This document shows positions 9,705 to 17,039 of a stretch of DNA of 26,006 nucleotides, in pieces. The stretch covers positions 1-26,006 of the forward strand of contig CBDHHL010000027.1 in the NCBI GenBank assembly GCA_965263355.1, written 5' to 3'. This DNA is from Leptolyngbyaceae cyanobacterium. Its GTDB lineage: Bacteria > Cyanobacteriota > Cyanobacteriia > Phormidesmidales > Phormidesmidaceae. The position numbers and the translations under genes are program-made. The notes beneath the pieces were generated by a model that saw only the letters and a list, made by a program, of their open reading frames with translations, did not search any database and was not told the origin of the DNA. Position 1 is the first letter of the stretch, and each line of letters starts with the position of its first letter.

Positions 9705-10544
9705 ATGACCATAAACACTTCCAACGACAATAACGATTCCAATATCGTTCGCAGCTTTAATCAAGTTGATATCTGGCAAAAGCGAGAAGATGGCTATATC
9801 AATCTCAATCAGATGGCTAATGCTACCGGCAAGCGAATTGATCATTGGCTAAAAACCGAGCCCACGAAAGAATTGTTTGATGAGTTTTTAAGACATCAAA
9901 AGTGTCCGTACTTATCTACCCCCTCAGAGGGGGAGTTTTCAGAAAATGCTAGTGATAGCAAGGATATTGAGCCACCTATTAGAACCATCCAAGGCCGTAA
10001 TGGTGGGACATGGGCACACCCTGATATTGCTATTCAATTTGCAATGTGGTGCAGCCCAGCATTTGCCCTGCAAGTTAGCAAATGGGTTCGTACTTATATG
10101 ACTGAAGGCCGATTGGAGGCTGAAGAGTCAATCCCAGCTCATGAACTTAAGTTCATTAAGATGGTTGAGCAAATCGAAGATGTGTTTCCAAAGGACTGCG
10201 CCCAATCCCGAGACCTTAAGCACCGAGCTGCACTAATTTGTTATCCAGAGTATGCATGCGCTCAATTGATTGCAGAAGATAATCGTAAAAAGTACCTTAT
10301 CAAACGAAAGCGTGAATTACAGGCGCGCAGTGTTGAGAACTGGTTGGCTAGCTTAGCTTTGATTAGAAACCAACAAAAACCAATTTCTAAATGGTATCAA
10401 AGCTATAAAGAATGGTGCTTGCAAGAATTCGACATGGTTCCATTGGCCATGTACAAGTGGAAAGCTTATTTGATTGATAATGAATTCGCTCAAGTCCTGA
10501 AAAAAACAGGTGCAGGTATCCCACTAGAAATCTTTCCTGTATAA
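9705..10544 (+). CDS. KilA-N domain protein fused to a primase-type C-terminal winged-helix domain
   Basis: EDGYINLNQMANATGKRIDHWL...GGTWAHPDIAIQFAMWCSPAFALQVSKWV is KilA-N. The last ~70 aa align with the C-terminus of 4772..7021. Confidence 0.9.
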   Translation: MTINTSNDNNDSNIVRSFNQVDIWQKREDGYINLNQMANATGKRIDHWLKTEPTKELFDEFLRHQKCPYLSTPSEGEFSENASDSKDIEPPIRTIQGRNGGTWAHPDIAIQFAMWCSPAFALQVSKWVRTYMTEGRLEAEESIPAHELKFIKMVEQIEDVFPKDCAQSRDLKHRAALICYPEYACAQLIAEDNRKKYLIKRKRELQARSVENWLASLALIRNQQKPISKWYQSYKEWCLQEFDMVPLAMYKWKAYLIDNEFAQVLKKTGAGIPLEIFPV

Positions 10545-10546
10545 CC

Positions 10547-10906
10547 ATGCCTCACCAATTAGAACTACCCTTAACCCGTCGTTCTAAAACCAAATGCACT
10601 GCTTCGCCAAATGCCATCATCCCAGGCTTAGACGCTAGCTTATGCCGCTGTGATTATTGTCTAACTCGTTCTGATGGCATTTGGTGGGTAGATGTTGACC
10701 AACGGCTTGACTGCCTCAATAAGAAAAAGCATAAAATCCCTTACTTAATTGAGGTATACCGTCGCCAAGCTGTTGGTGTGGCCCACGACGACGATACAAA
10801 AGAAACAGAAGCTCAAAATGCGAAACGTAAGCACGCACAATGGGCCGGTCAAAAGTTCAAACAAACTAATAAATCATGTCAGCAACAACAATTACTAGAC
10901 CAGTAA
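10547..10906 (+). CDS. Hypothetical Cys-containing protein (119 aa)
   Basis: Tightly packed in the operon; C..CRCDYC may bind metal. Confidence 0.6.
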   Translation: MPHQLELPLTRRSKTKCTASPNAIIPGLDASLCRCDYCLTRSDGIWWVDVDQRLDCLNKKKHKIPYLIEVYRRQAVGVAHDDDTKETEAQNAKRKHAQWAGQKFKQTNKSCQQQQLLDQ

Positions 10907-12414
10907 CAGAACCAAAGTTCAGCTCTTATCCTTATCCTAAGGAGGGGGCCACAGGTGCCGAGTGGCGAGCTTGGCTAGAAGGAATGGTTGGGGATCTTTG
11001 GCATGACATCGCAGTTGAATTAACCCCCCTATTAAATAATGTGCAAGTTGAGCGATTCCCAGTTGAATTTATCCCAACATTTGCCGAGGTGGGCGGCAGT
11101 GGTTGGGCTCGTCTTGATGAGGGCAGCTGGCAATGCATTTCCCCTGATGACCTGCCTGCAACCATGGTTCTCGATGTTGAATCCATTGAATTGCAAGCAT
11201 TCACGGCAAACGCTGATATAGACGCATGGTTGCCTTGCCTATGCATTTGCTATGGGGCCGATGGTTACTGGTATGCATGGCAAGAGCAAAATCCAATGTA
11301 TCGCTGGACGGAAACTAAGCGGCGTACTATTCCGTTCCCAACTGGTTGCATCATAATCACTCAGAACGGCGCTGCCCATGATTCGCAATTTCTTAGTAGT
11401 TCTTATGCAGAGTATGGACCAGAGCGTTGTCTATTTATAGATGTGATGGCCCTGGCAATGCTTGTCAGAGGCGTGCATAAAGAACAGCGATCGCAGTATG
11501 AGAAGTACAAGGTTGCGATCGCTAATGGTAAGCCTGCTCCCGATTGGGTAACTCAGGCATCCGACATGGATCTGGCCAGCTTAGCTAGTGACGTACTGGG
11601 AATTGAGATTCTGAAAACAGTTGGAGGGGAAGGGCCACAGACGCTGTTTGAATATTGTGCTCAAGATGTCTGGATAACCCTTCGATTGTTTCAAGAACTA
11701 TGGCCACTGGTTGCGAATATCTATTGCCCCAGTCCAGTAATTTTGTATGGCATGGCGGCAACGACTGGGCTTAGATATCCGGTTGGTGATTGGCAAGAAC
11801 TTGTTTCGTATATAGAAACTGAATACGAAAAAGCCAAAAAAATTAAGCCTAGCAAACGAGATTCTAATGATATTGCTCTAGTCAATTGGGGCAAATCACA
11901 TTTGCGTACATTTCGCGATGGATACAGCGTTAACGGCATGACCAATATGGGCTTTAACCCTGCTCACGATGTATCAGGGATGCCCAAAAGCACCATCTGG
12001 AGTCATCACTGGATGATTCGGCAATTTTTAATTACTGGAGTTAGTGATCAGCCGACCACTAGTTACATGCTGTTTGAAGCTAGGGTTCCGATGCCGATTA
12101 TCCCAGGGAATGCATTAGCTAAGACATTAGCCAGCCAGCCGAACATTAAAACGCATTTTGCTAAGCCCCCTGAGCCAGTGAAAGCCAACAAAAAAGCTAA
12201 GGCTGATTGGCTGCAATTAAGACCATTAACCGATGCTATGCATGTCATGATCTGCCTGATTGACTGTTTTTGTGAAGAGTACGAAATTGACGGGTTTCTT
12301 GCAATCCCAGGGCTAGAAACATTGTGGTACGCCGTCGACTCTGCTCAGGAAAAAGAATTTCAAGAATGCATCGCTAAAGCTCAAAGTTTAGTTTACAAAT
12401 TGATGGCTGATTGA
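10876..12414 (+). CDS. DNA polymerase gamma-like protein: intact 3'-5' exonuclease, degenerate polymerase domain
   Basis: GWARL, MVLDVE (ExoI), WYAW, QNGAAHD (ExoII), FIDVMALAMLVRG, YCAQDVW (ExoIII) and CPSPVILYGM follow the POLG/Mip1 order (GWTRY, LVFDVE, WYSW, GHNVSFD, FLDTMSMHMAISG, YCAQDVW, CPHPVTLAGM; recalled from memory). Confidence 0.85.
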   Translation: MSATTITRPVTEPKFSSYPYPKEGATGAEWRAWLEGMVGDLWHDIAVELTPLLNNVQVERFPVEFIPTFAEVGGSGWARLDEGSWQCISPDDLPATMVLDVESIELQAFTANADIDAWLPCLCICYGADGYWYAWQEQNPMYRWTETKRRTIPFPTGCIIITQNGAAHDSQFLSSSYAEYGPERCLFIDVMALAMLVRGVHKEQRSQYEKYKVAIANGKPAPDWVTQASDMDLASLASDVLGIEILKTVGGEGPQTLFEYCAQDVWITLRLFQELWPLVANIYCPSPVILYGMAATTGLRYPVGDWQELVSYIETEYEKAKKIKPSKRDSNDIALVNWGKSHLRTFRDGYSVNGMTNMGFNPAHDVSGMPKSTIWSHHWMIRQFLITGVSDQPTTSYMLFEARVPMPIIPGNALAKTLASQPNIKTHFAKPPEPVKANKKAKADWLQLRPLTDAMHVMICLIDCFCEEYEIDGFLAIPGLETLWYAVDSAQEKEFQECIAKAQSLVYKLMAD

Positions 12415-12490
12415 GCGAAAAATCTAAATAACCCTTTCACAGCATGGGTTTGACAGATCTTGGGAAAAAATTTGATGTTTATATTTTTGT

Positions 12491-13345
12491 GTGATAGTGA
12501 ACAACCTAATTATTGTTGATACGTCTGTGATCGCCTTCCAAATGTCGGCCCAGATTGACAAGGCAGGCCTAACCGAAACTAATGCTAAAGTTTACGCCTA
12601 CATGGCGGCAGAATGGGTTAATTCACTAGGCTGGATTCCCGCGTTGCAATCAACTGGTAAATGCGTTTGGGCAATTGACTCTAAGCCCTACTGGCGTAAT
12701 CAGCTATTCCCCGATTACAAAGCAGGCCGCAAACCTAAACCCGCATCATTCCATACTGCGATGGAGGGCATATTAAGCAGCAGTGCTTCTTTGATTGATA
12801 TAAAATCACAAGAAGCCGACGACGTAGCCGCTGCTATTGTTCGGCTATGGCTAGATAGCAGCTCAGGATTGATCGATCAAATCTATTTGGCTACCGTTGA
12901 TAGTGACTGGCATGGGTTAGTCCAAAACCCTGATATTTTTTGGTTAAATACTCGCAACCACCCTCCACGCGTTCGAAGTCGAGAAGAGATATTTAATTGG
13001 CTTTGCAGCAAATGGAACCAGCAATCTAAGAAACGTCAGAAATGGTGGGCATTGCCTAGCTATCAATCATTTAGATGTGATGACGTTTGGCGATGGAAGA
13101 TAGCAGTCGGCGATAAAGCCGATAACTTAAGCGATGGTTCAGCAAAATACTTAATTGATTTACTGCGACCTCCCAAACAATTTGATATCCTAGAATCAAA
13201 GGAATCTGTAAATACTATTTACAGAGGAGTAAATTTAGCAAGCAAGCCTGATTTGAGCCTTGCTCATGAATGTAAGCAGGGCATGCTGTCACTAGGGGCA
13301 CTTCCCCCCATCGAAATGATTAGCCTGAAAGTTTTAGTTTCATAG
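12491..13345 (+). CDS. 5'-3' exonuclease / flap endonuclease (T5 D15, T4 RNase H, Pol I N-terminal-like)
   Basis: LIIVD, AIDSKPYWRNQLFPDYKAGRK, EADD, TVDSDW, GDKADNL. Confidence 0.9.
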   Translation: MIVNNLIIVDTSVIAFQMSAQIDKAGLTETNAKVYAYMAAEWVNSLGWIPALQSTGKCVWAIDSKPYWRNQLFPDYKAGRKPKPASFHTAMEGILSSSASLIDIKSQEADDVAAAIVRLWLDSSSGLIDQIYLATVDSDWHGLVQNPDIFWLNTRNHPPRVRSREEIFNWLCSKWNQQSKKRQKWWALPSYQSFRCDDVWRWKIAVGDKADNLSDGSAKYLIDLLRPPKQFDILESKESVNTIYRGVNLASKPDLSLAHECKQGMLSLGALPPIEMISLKVLVS

Positions 13346-13355
13346 TTTAACGGCC

Positions 13356-13709
13356 ATGAGAGCATCAACGCAATATAAACAAAGATTATCAGAGCTGCTA
13401 TCGAAAAAGATACTTAAAGCAGCTGGAATTGATGCAACGGTTCGAGACCTAAGCGATCGCTGCGATGGACTAGCAAGTCATCAAACAATTGCGGCTTGGC
13501 GTTCTGGCAATTATGTTAAGCAACTAGACGACTTTTCTTTTCAGGCATTAGAAAAGATTTTGGCCCATAGAGGGCTAAAGGCTCATGAAATTAGCTACTA
13601 TCTTGAGCATGGTGTTTGGCTAGAGAAAAAACAGTCCAAAAGGCTAGGCAGCCTTTGGCAGAAGCGAGAGCAGATTAATCAATCAATTCAACAGTTTGCG
13701 GCAATTTAG
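13356..13709 (+). CDS. Putative XRE-like HTH regulator
   Basis: TVRDLSDRCDGLASHQTIAAWRSG has HTH spacing. Confidence 0.55.
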   Translation: MRASTQYKQRLSELLSKKILKAAGIDATVRDLSDRCDGLASHQTIAAWRSGNYVKQLDDFSFQALEKILAHRGLKAHEISYYLEHGVWLEKKQSKRLGSLWQKREQINQSIQQFAAI

Positions 13710-13711
13710 TA

Positions 13712-13740
13712 TTGACAGATTTGGAAATAACATCCATAAT
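13712..13740 (+). promoter_or_regulatory. Strong sigma70-type promoter
   Basis: TTGACA-17 bp-CATAAT. Confidence 0.75.
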
Positions 13741-13769
13741 TGGAATTGAACACTTTCCAAAAATGGAAA

Positions 13770-13892
13770 ATGACTTTCACTAAGATAGGCATCGACTCCT
13801 GGTCTATTTATCTGCCAGGTGAAGTTTACCAGGGCTGCATAGAACTTAACTGGACCGTTACTAAAAACCTAGACAAATCCGTACAGATGTAG
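13770..13892 (+). pseudogene. Small ORF (40 aa), probably interrupted near 13855 by an IscB-type element
   Basis: MTFTKIGIDSWSIYLPGEVYQGCIELNW resembles the N-terminus of 14165..14506. The similarity ends where the omega-RNA locus begins. Confidence 0.4.
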
Positions 13893-14150
13893 TCAAACCT
13901 GCTTAGCAGGGAAGTAACGTGCAGAATCTTCAGAAATGACTGAAGTTGCGAAAGCAAGGGTTTAAGTATCCACGTTGAGAAAGTGACGCTTTAATGCGAC
14001 TCACCTGCGAATGACCGCCAGTTTGTAGCTCTGAGGACTTGAGATTAAACAGTATAGACGAACGGTTTATAAGCCTGTGTCTCTTGTCTATCAACCTTTC
14101 CCAACAGTTTCGAGGCAAACTTTACAGCAATGCTTGGGAGAAGATCCCAC
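13892..14150 (+). ncRNA. IscB-type omega-RNA (HEARO-like) scaffold, orphan
   Basis: Ordered hallmarks CACGTT, CACCTGCGAATG..GCCAGTTTGTAGCTCTG, TTAAACAG, AACA.TTTCGAGGCAAACTTTAC. Long-range stem GTTGAGAAAG (13974-83)/CTTTCCCAAC (14096-105). Stem CTGCGAA/TTTGTAG. The 5' boundary is uncertain (13855-13892). Confidence 0.75.
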
Positions 14151-14164
14151 AATTATTTAGCCTT

Positions 14165-14506
14165 ATGACCACCATAACATTTCGCCAAACTCACAGCACT
14201 CAATGGATTGTCCTGAACGAGGCAGAGAAACTGGGCCACATCGGATTCAATCTCACAGCTATGCGCTGGGAGTATTCGCCATATGGCCAGCCAGTTGCAG
14301 CAACAGGCTCCCTGGAGGATTGCAAAGCTGCAGCCATTGCCGAGAATAAACAGCATCCAAACTATCCGCTAAGACCTATTAACGGTTATCAGTCTGGGGA
14401 TATCGCTGAAGTCTTTATCGAGCCGTCAAAGCGTCGAAAACACAGCGGTTTATATGTTGGGAAACTCTCTGTTACTTGCCTAAAAACGGAAAATGAGCGT
14501 ACATGA
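14165..14506 (+). CDS. Chimeric ORF: small phage-like N-terminal domain plus IscB C-terminal fragment
   Basis: ATG sits where iscB would start. The C-terminal NGYQSGDIAEVFIEPSKRRKHSGLYVGKLSV matches the IscB GFQTGD...GTYVGRV segment. No PLMP, RuvC or HNH motifs. Confidence 0.6.
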   Translation: MTTITFRQTHSTQWIVLNEAEKLGHIGFNLTAMRWEYSPYGQPVAATGSLEDCKAAAIAENKQHPNYPLRPINGYQSGDIAEVFIEPSKRRKHSGLYVGKLSVTCLKTENERT

Positions 14507-14753
14507 TTGTCTTTCAGCGCTTGCTAACCCTGGCCGACTGGAGGTTATGCAAGTGCTGAAAAGAGAAAGCGTGCTCACTAGCGGCGAGGTTGCGATCGCG
14601 TTAGGGGTGCATCATCCTACGGCTTCTAGGCATTTGAAGCAGTTAGAAGCTGCGGGTCTTGTGACTGGTGTAAGACGGGCAAGTTTCGTTAATTACACCA
14701 GGAATGAACAGGGCATTAGGAAATTTATTGAAGAATTAAAAAAGGAATTGTAA
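14493..14753 (+). CDS. ArsR/SmtB-family HTH regulator
   Basis: LSALANPGRLEVMQVL...SGEVAIALGVHHPTASRHLKQLEAAGLV...RRASFVNY. Confidence 0.88.
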   Translation: MSVHDCLSALANPGRLEVMQVLKRESVLTSGEVAIALGVHHPTASRHLKQLEAAGLVTGVRRASFVNYTRNEQGIRKFIEELKKEL

Positions 14754-14766
14754 GCAATGTTTATAC

Positions 14767-15000
14767 TTAGCACGAAAAGAAAGACATTCAATGACCCCCA
14801 CCTTAAAGAGGATGGGGGAGTGCCAGGAGTAAGACTGGCGTAACTGCGAATAGGCCATTGAGCAAGATTGCGGTTAACACTTCCAAAGGCTTCTCTACTT
14901 TGGACTCCTGTAAGCCTTTTTACTGAGGCGTAGCTAACGGCTAGACATCTGCAATCTTGTGGCTTAAGAGACCTGTAGTAACTGAGATTATCTCTCAACC
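14767..15000 (+). ncRNA. IsrB omega-RNA with 5' flank-derived guide
   Basis: Structured leader between the left end and isrB (ACTTCCAAAGGCTTCTCTACTTTGGA hairpin; CAAGATTGC/GCAATCTTG long-range stem). The guide is expected from ~14767-14786. Confidence 0.75.
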
Positions 15001-16182
15001 AACTATGTTCAGAATTCCAACACTCAACCCAGACGGTTCACCAGCAATGCCCACTAAGCTCGCCAGAGCTAAAAAGTGGGTAGAGCAAGGTAAAGCAGTT
15101 TGGGTTAAGACCGACCTTCGGATCAAAGCTGTCAGGCTAGTATCCGAACCATCAGGTAGAGCTACCCAGCCAATAGCGGTCGGTATCGATCCGGGAAAAT
15201 TATTCTCCGGCGTAGCCTGTCAGTCTGCTAAAGCAACATTGTTCACAGCTCATCTACTCTTACCCTTCAAGCGGGCAAAAGATCGGATGGAGTCACGGGC
15301 AATGATGCGACGTGGCAGGCGTGGTAGGCGCATTAACCGTAGTTTGCCTTTTGAATTGCGGGCACATCGTCAAAAGCGGTTTGACAACCGTAAGCAAACA
15401 AAAGTGCCTCCCAGTATTCGGGCTAATCGCCAACTTGAACTTAGGGTAGTAACTGAGCTTTGCAAGCTATTCCCTGTTTCAAGAATCGTCTTTGAATACG
15501 TTAAAGCTCGAACTAAGAAAGGTTGCTCGTTCAGCCCGGTACAGGTTGGGCAAAAATGGGCCATCGCTCAATTGGAAAAGCTTGCACCTGTCCGCACTCT
15601 TTACGGGTGGCAGACTGCCACCATGAGAGATCATTTGGGCTTAGAAAAGTCTAAGAACAAAGCGGAGCAATCCCCCCAATCTCATGCCGTTGACGGCATA
15701 GCTTTAGCAGCCAGTGAGTTTGTGGAATATCGCAAATATCACAGCAATGACTCAAGAGGTGCTGACTGGTTTGGCTCGGTCAATATCACGTCAGCTCACT
15801 TTGTAGTCGTTCATCGGCCACCCGTAAGCCGTCGTCAACTCCATTTAATGGTGCCCGCTAAGGGTGGATTAAGGCGGAAGTATGGGGGCACTGTGACTCG
15901 TCACGGGTTTAGAAAAGGCGATTTGGTTATTGCTGAAAAGAAAGGCATCCAATCAATCGGTTGGGTGTCTGGGGATACAAAAAATAAGGTGTCGGTGTCT
16001 GATTTCAACTGGAAGCGAATCGCCCAATTTACCGCGTCTAAAGTCCAGCTTCTCTATCGTTCTACGGGGTTGCTGGTTAATTGCCCACAGAGATTGTCAG
16101 TCAGCAACGCATCGAGCGTAGCAGCCTGACTCTCCTTTCCTCCCCCACTTGAACGAAGATGGGGGTTTCACGGAGTTTTGTG
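14787..16182 (+). mobile_element. Non-autonomous IS200/IS605-superfamily element carrying isrB and omega-RNA
   Basis: Similar subterminal hairpins at both ends: CCCCCACCTTAAAGAGGATGGGGG (~14795) and CCCCCACTTGAACGAAGATGGGGG (16142). No tnpA. ATGA immediately 3' of the right end. Confidence 0.85.
15005..16129 (+). CDS. isrB: IsrB RNA-guided nickase (RRXRR/PLMP, split RuvC, no HNH)
   Basis: PDGSPAMPT (PLMP), VGIDPG (RuvC-I), RAMMRRGRRGRR bridge helix, IVFEYV (RuvC-II), SHAVDG (RuvC-III), GFRKGD. No HNH between RuvC-II and III; 374 aa. Confidence 0.9.
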   Translation: MFRIPTLNPDGSPAMPTKLARAKKWVEQGKAVWVKTDLRIKAVRLVSEPSGRATQPIAVGIDPGKLFSGVACQSAKATLFTAHLLLPFKRAKDRMESRAMMRRGRRGRRINRSLPFELRAHRQKRFDNRKQTKVPPSIRANRQLELRVVTELCKLFPVSRIVFEYVKARTKKGCSFSPVQVGQKWAIAQLEKLAPVRTLYGWQTATMRDHLGLEKSKNKAEQSPQSHAVDGIALAASEFVEYRKYHSNDSRGADWFGSVNITSAHFVVVHRPPVSRRQLHLMVPAKGGLRRKYGGTVTRHGFRKGDLVIAEKKGIQSIGWVSGDTKNKVSVSDFNWKRIAQFTASKVQLLYRSTGLLVNCPQRLSVSNASSVAA

Positions 16183-16332
16183 ATGAAAAATAAACCAATC
16201 AAACCCCCAACCGATGGCGTAGTAGCCCAACCTACAACTGCACATCAATCAGGCGAGTTGCTTGGACTCAGGGCTCAAATATATAGTCCGTTATTGCCTA
16301 ATGTTCAGCAATCTAACAATAAAAATGGCTGA
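16183..16332 (+). CDS. Small hypothetical protein (49 aa), not in ORF track
   Basis: MKNKPIKPPTDGVVAQ...NKNG; GGAG in the IS right end lies 7 nt upstream; its stop overlaps the next start. Confidence 0.45.
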   Translation: MKNKPIKPPTDGVVAQPTTAHQSGELLGLRAQIYSPLLPNVQQSNNKNG

Positions 16333-16516
16333 AGTTTTAAGCTCTGAAGAATGGCGACAATTTGTGATCAAAACGATCGCTACAGCTACAGGGCCAACGG
16401 CGCTAAACCTGGCAATCCGTCAGTATGCAGCCATAACAGGTATGCCGGTCAAAACTCAAAAACAACGTGAAATCGTTATTTCAAAAGCAATGGGAGAATA
16501 TCTTGAAAAATTGTGA
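16325..16516 (+). CDS. Hypothetical protein
   Basis: Probable start MAEVLSSEEW; coupled to neighbours. Confidence 0.55.
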   Translation: MAEVLSSEEWRQFVIKTIATATGPTALNLAIRQYAAITGMPVKTQKQREIVISKAMGEYLEKL

Positions 16517-16778
16517 TAGTCAACGGGTCATTCAGTGGCCTTTCAAGCATAAGGGACAAGACATTAATTTGTCTTTTGATACTGTTACAGGAGATGCATT
16601 TCTGCCGCGTGTTGGTTGGCTTAGTGTGGCGGCATTAAAGGCGCTCGGCTATGTGCAACAGTCGATCGCGAAGCCGTCAGGAAGTCATCGGAAAACATCA
16701 TTTGGGGACTCTAAAGCTCATGATGGAGGTTTTTATAAAACGCAGTTTAGACAAAGAAGGAATTCATGGAAATACTAA
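16467..16778 (+). CDS. Hypothetical protein (start uncertain)
   Basis: ORF track; fits the operon. Confidence 0.45.
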   Translation: MKSLFQKQWENILKNCDSQRVIQWPFKHKGQDINLSFDTVTGDAFLPRVGWLSVAALKALGYVQQSIAKPSGSHRKTSFGDSKAHDGGFYKTQFRQRRNSWKY

Positions 16779-16945
16779 GCAGTCTAATTGCAGATAGAAG
16801 CATAGATTTAGCGCTTGCGGAAGCGGCTAAAAAAGCTCAAAAACAATCAGGTGTATCACGAGAAAAATTGTTATTGGAAATGTTCGGCAAGAGTAGTCAA
16901 GATTATGAAGCAGAAGCTGCAGACGTTCAAGTTCAAAATAAATAA
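16766..16945 (+). CDS. Small hypothetical protein (59 aa), not in ORF track
   Basis: MEILSSLIADRSIDLALAEAAKKAQ...VQNK, preceded by AAGGA. Confidence 0.5.
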   Translation: MEILSSLIADRSIDLALAEAAKKAQKQSGVSREKLLLEMFGKSSQDYEAEAADVQVQNK

Positions 16946-17039
16946 TGGTCCAACGGTTGAATACGTTTACCAAGATTATGCTCAAGCCTTGAGAGAGGCA
17001 AGGGCCGATAATCCAGGGGCGACGGTGACTGTGGTTTGA
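16905..17039 (+). CDS. Small hypothetical protein (44 aa)
   Basis: MKQKLQTFKFK...NPGATVTVV. Its 3' end is duplicated downstream with synonymous changes, which supports coding status. Confidence 0.55.
   Translation: MKQKLQTFKFKINNGPTVEYVYQDYAQALREARADNPGATVTVV

Noticed and set aside
10876..12414. Functional family A DNA polymerase
   Set aside because: Motifs A, B and C are absent or substituted and the protein is far too short.
14039..14164. N-terminal extension of the 14039..14506 ORF
   Set aside because: It overlaps the omega-RNA scaffold; the ATG at 14165 is more plausible.
15005..16129. IscB, Cas9 or TnpB call
   Set aside because: PLMP and split RuvC are present but there is no HNH or zinc finger, which fits IsrB. 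The 14957 start lies inside the omega-RNA.
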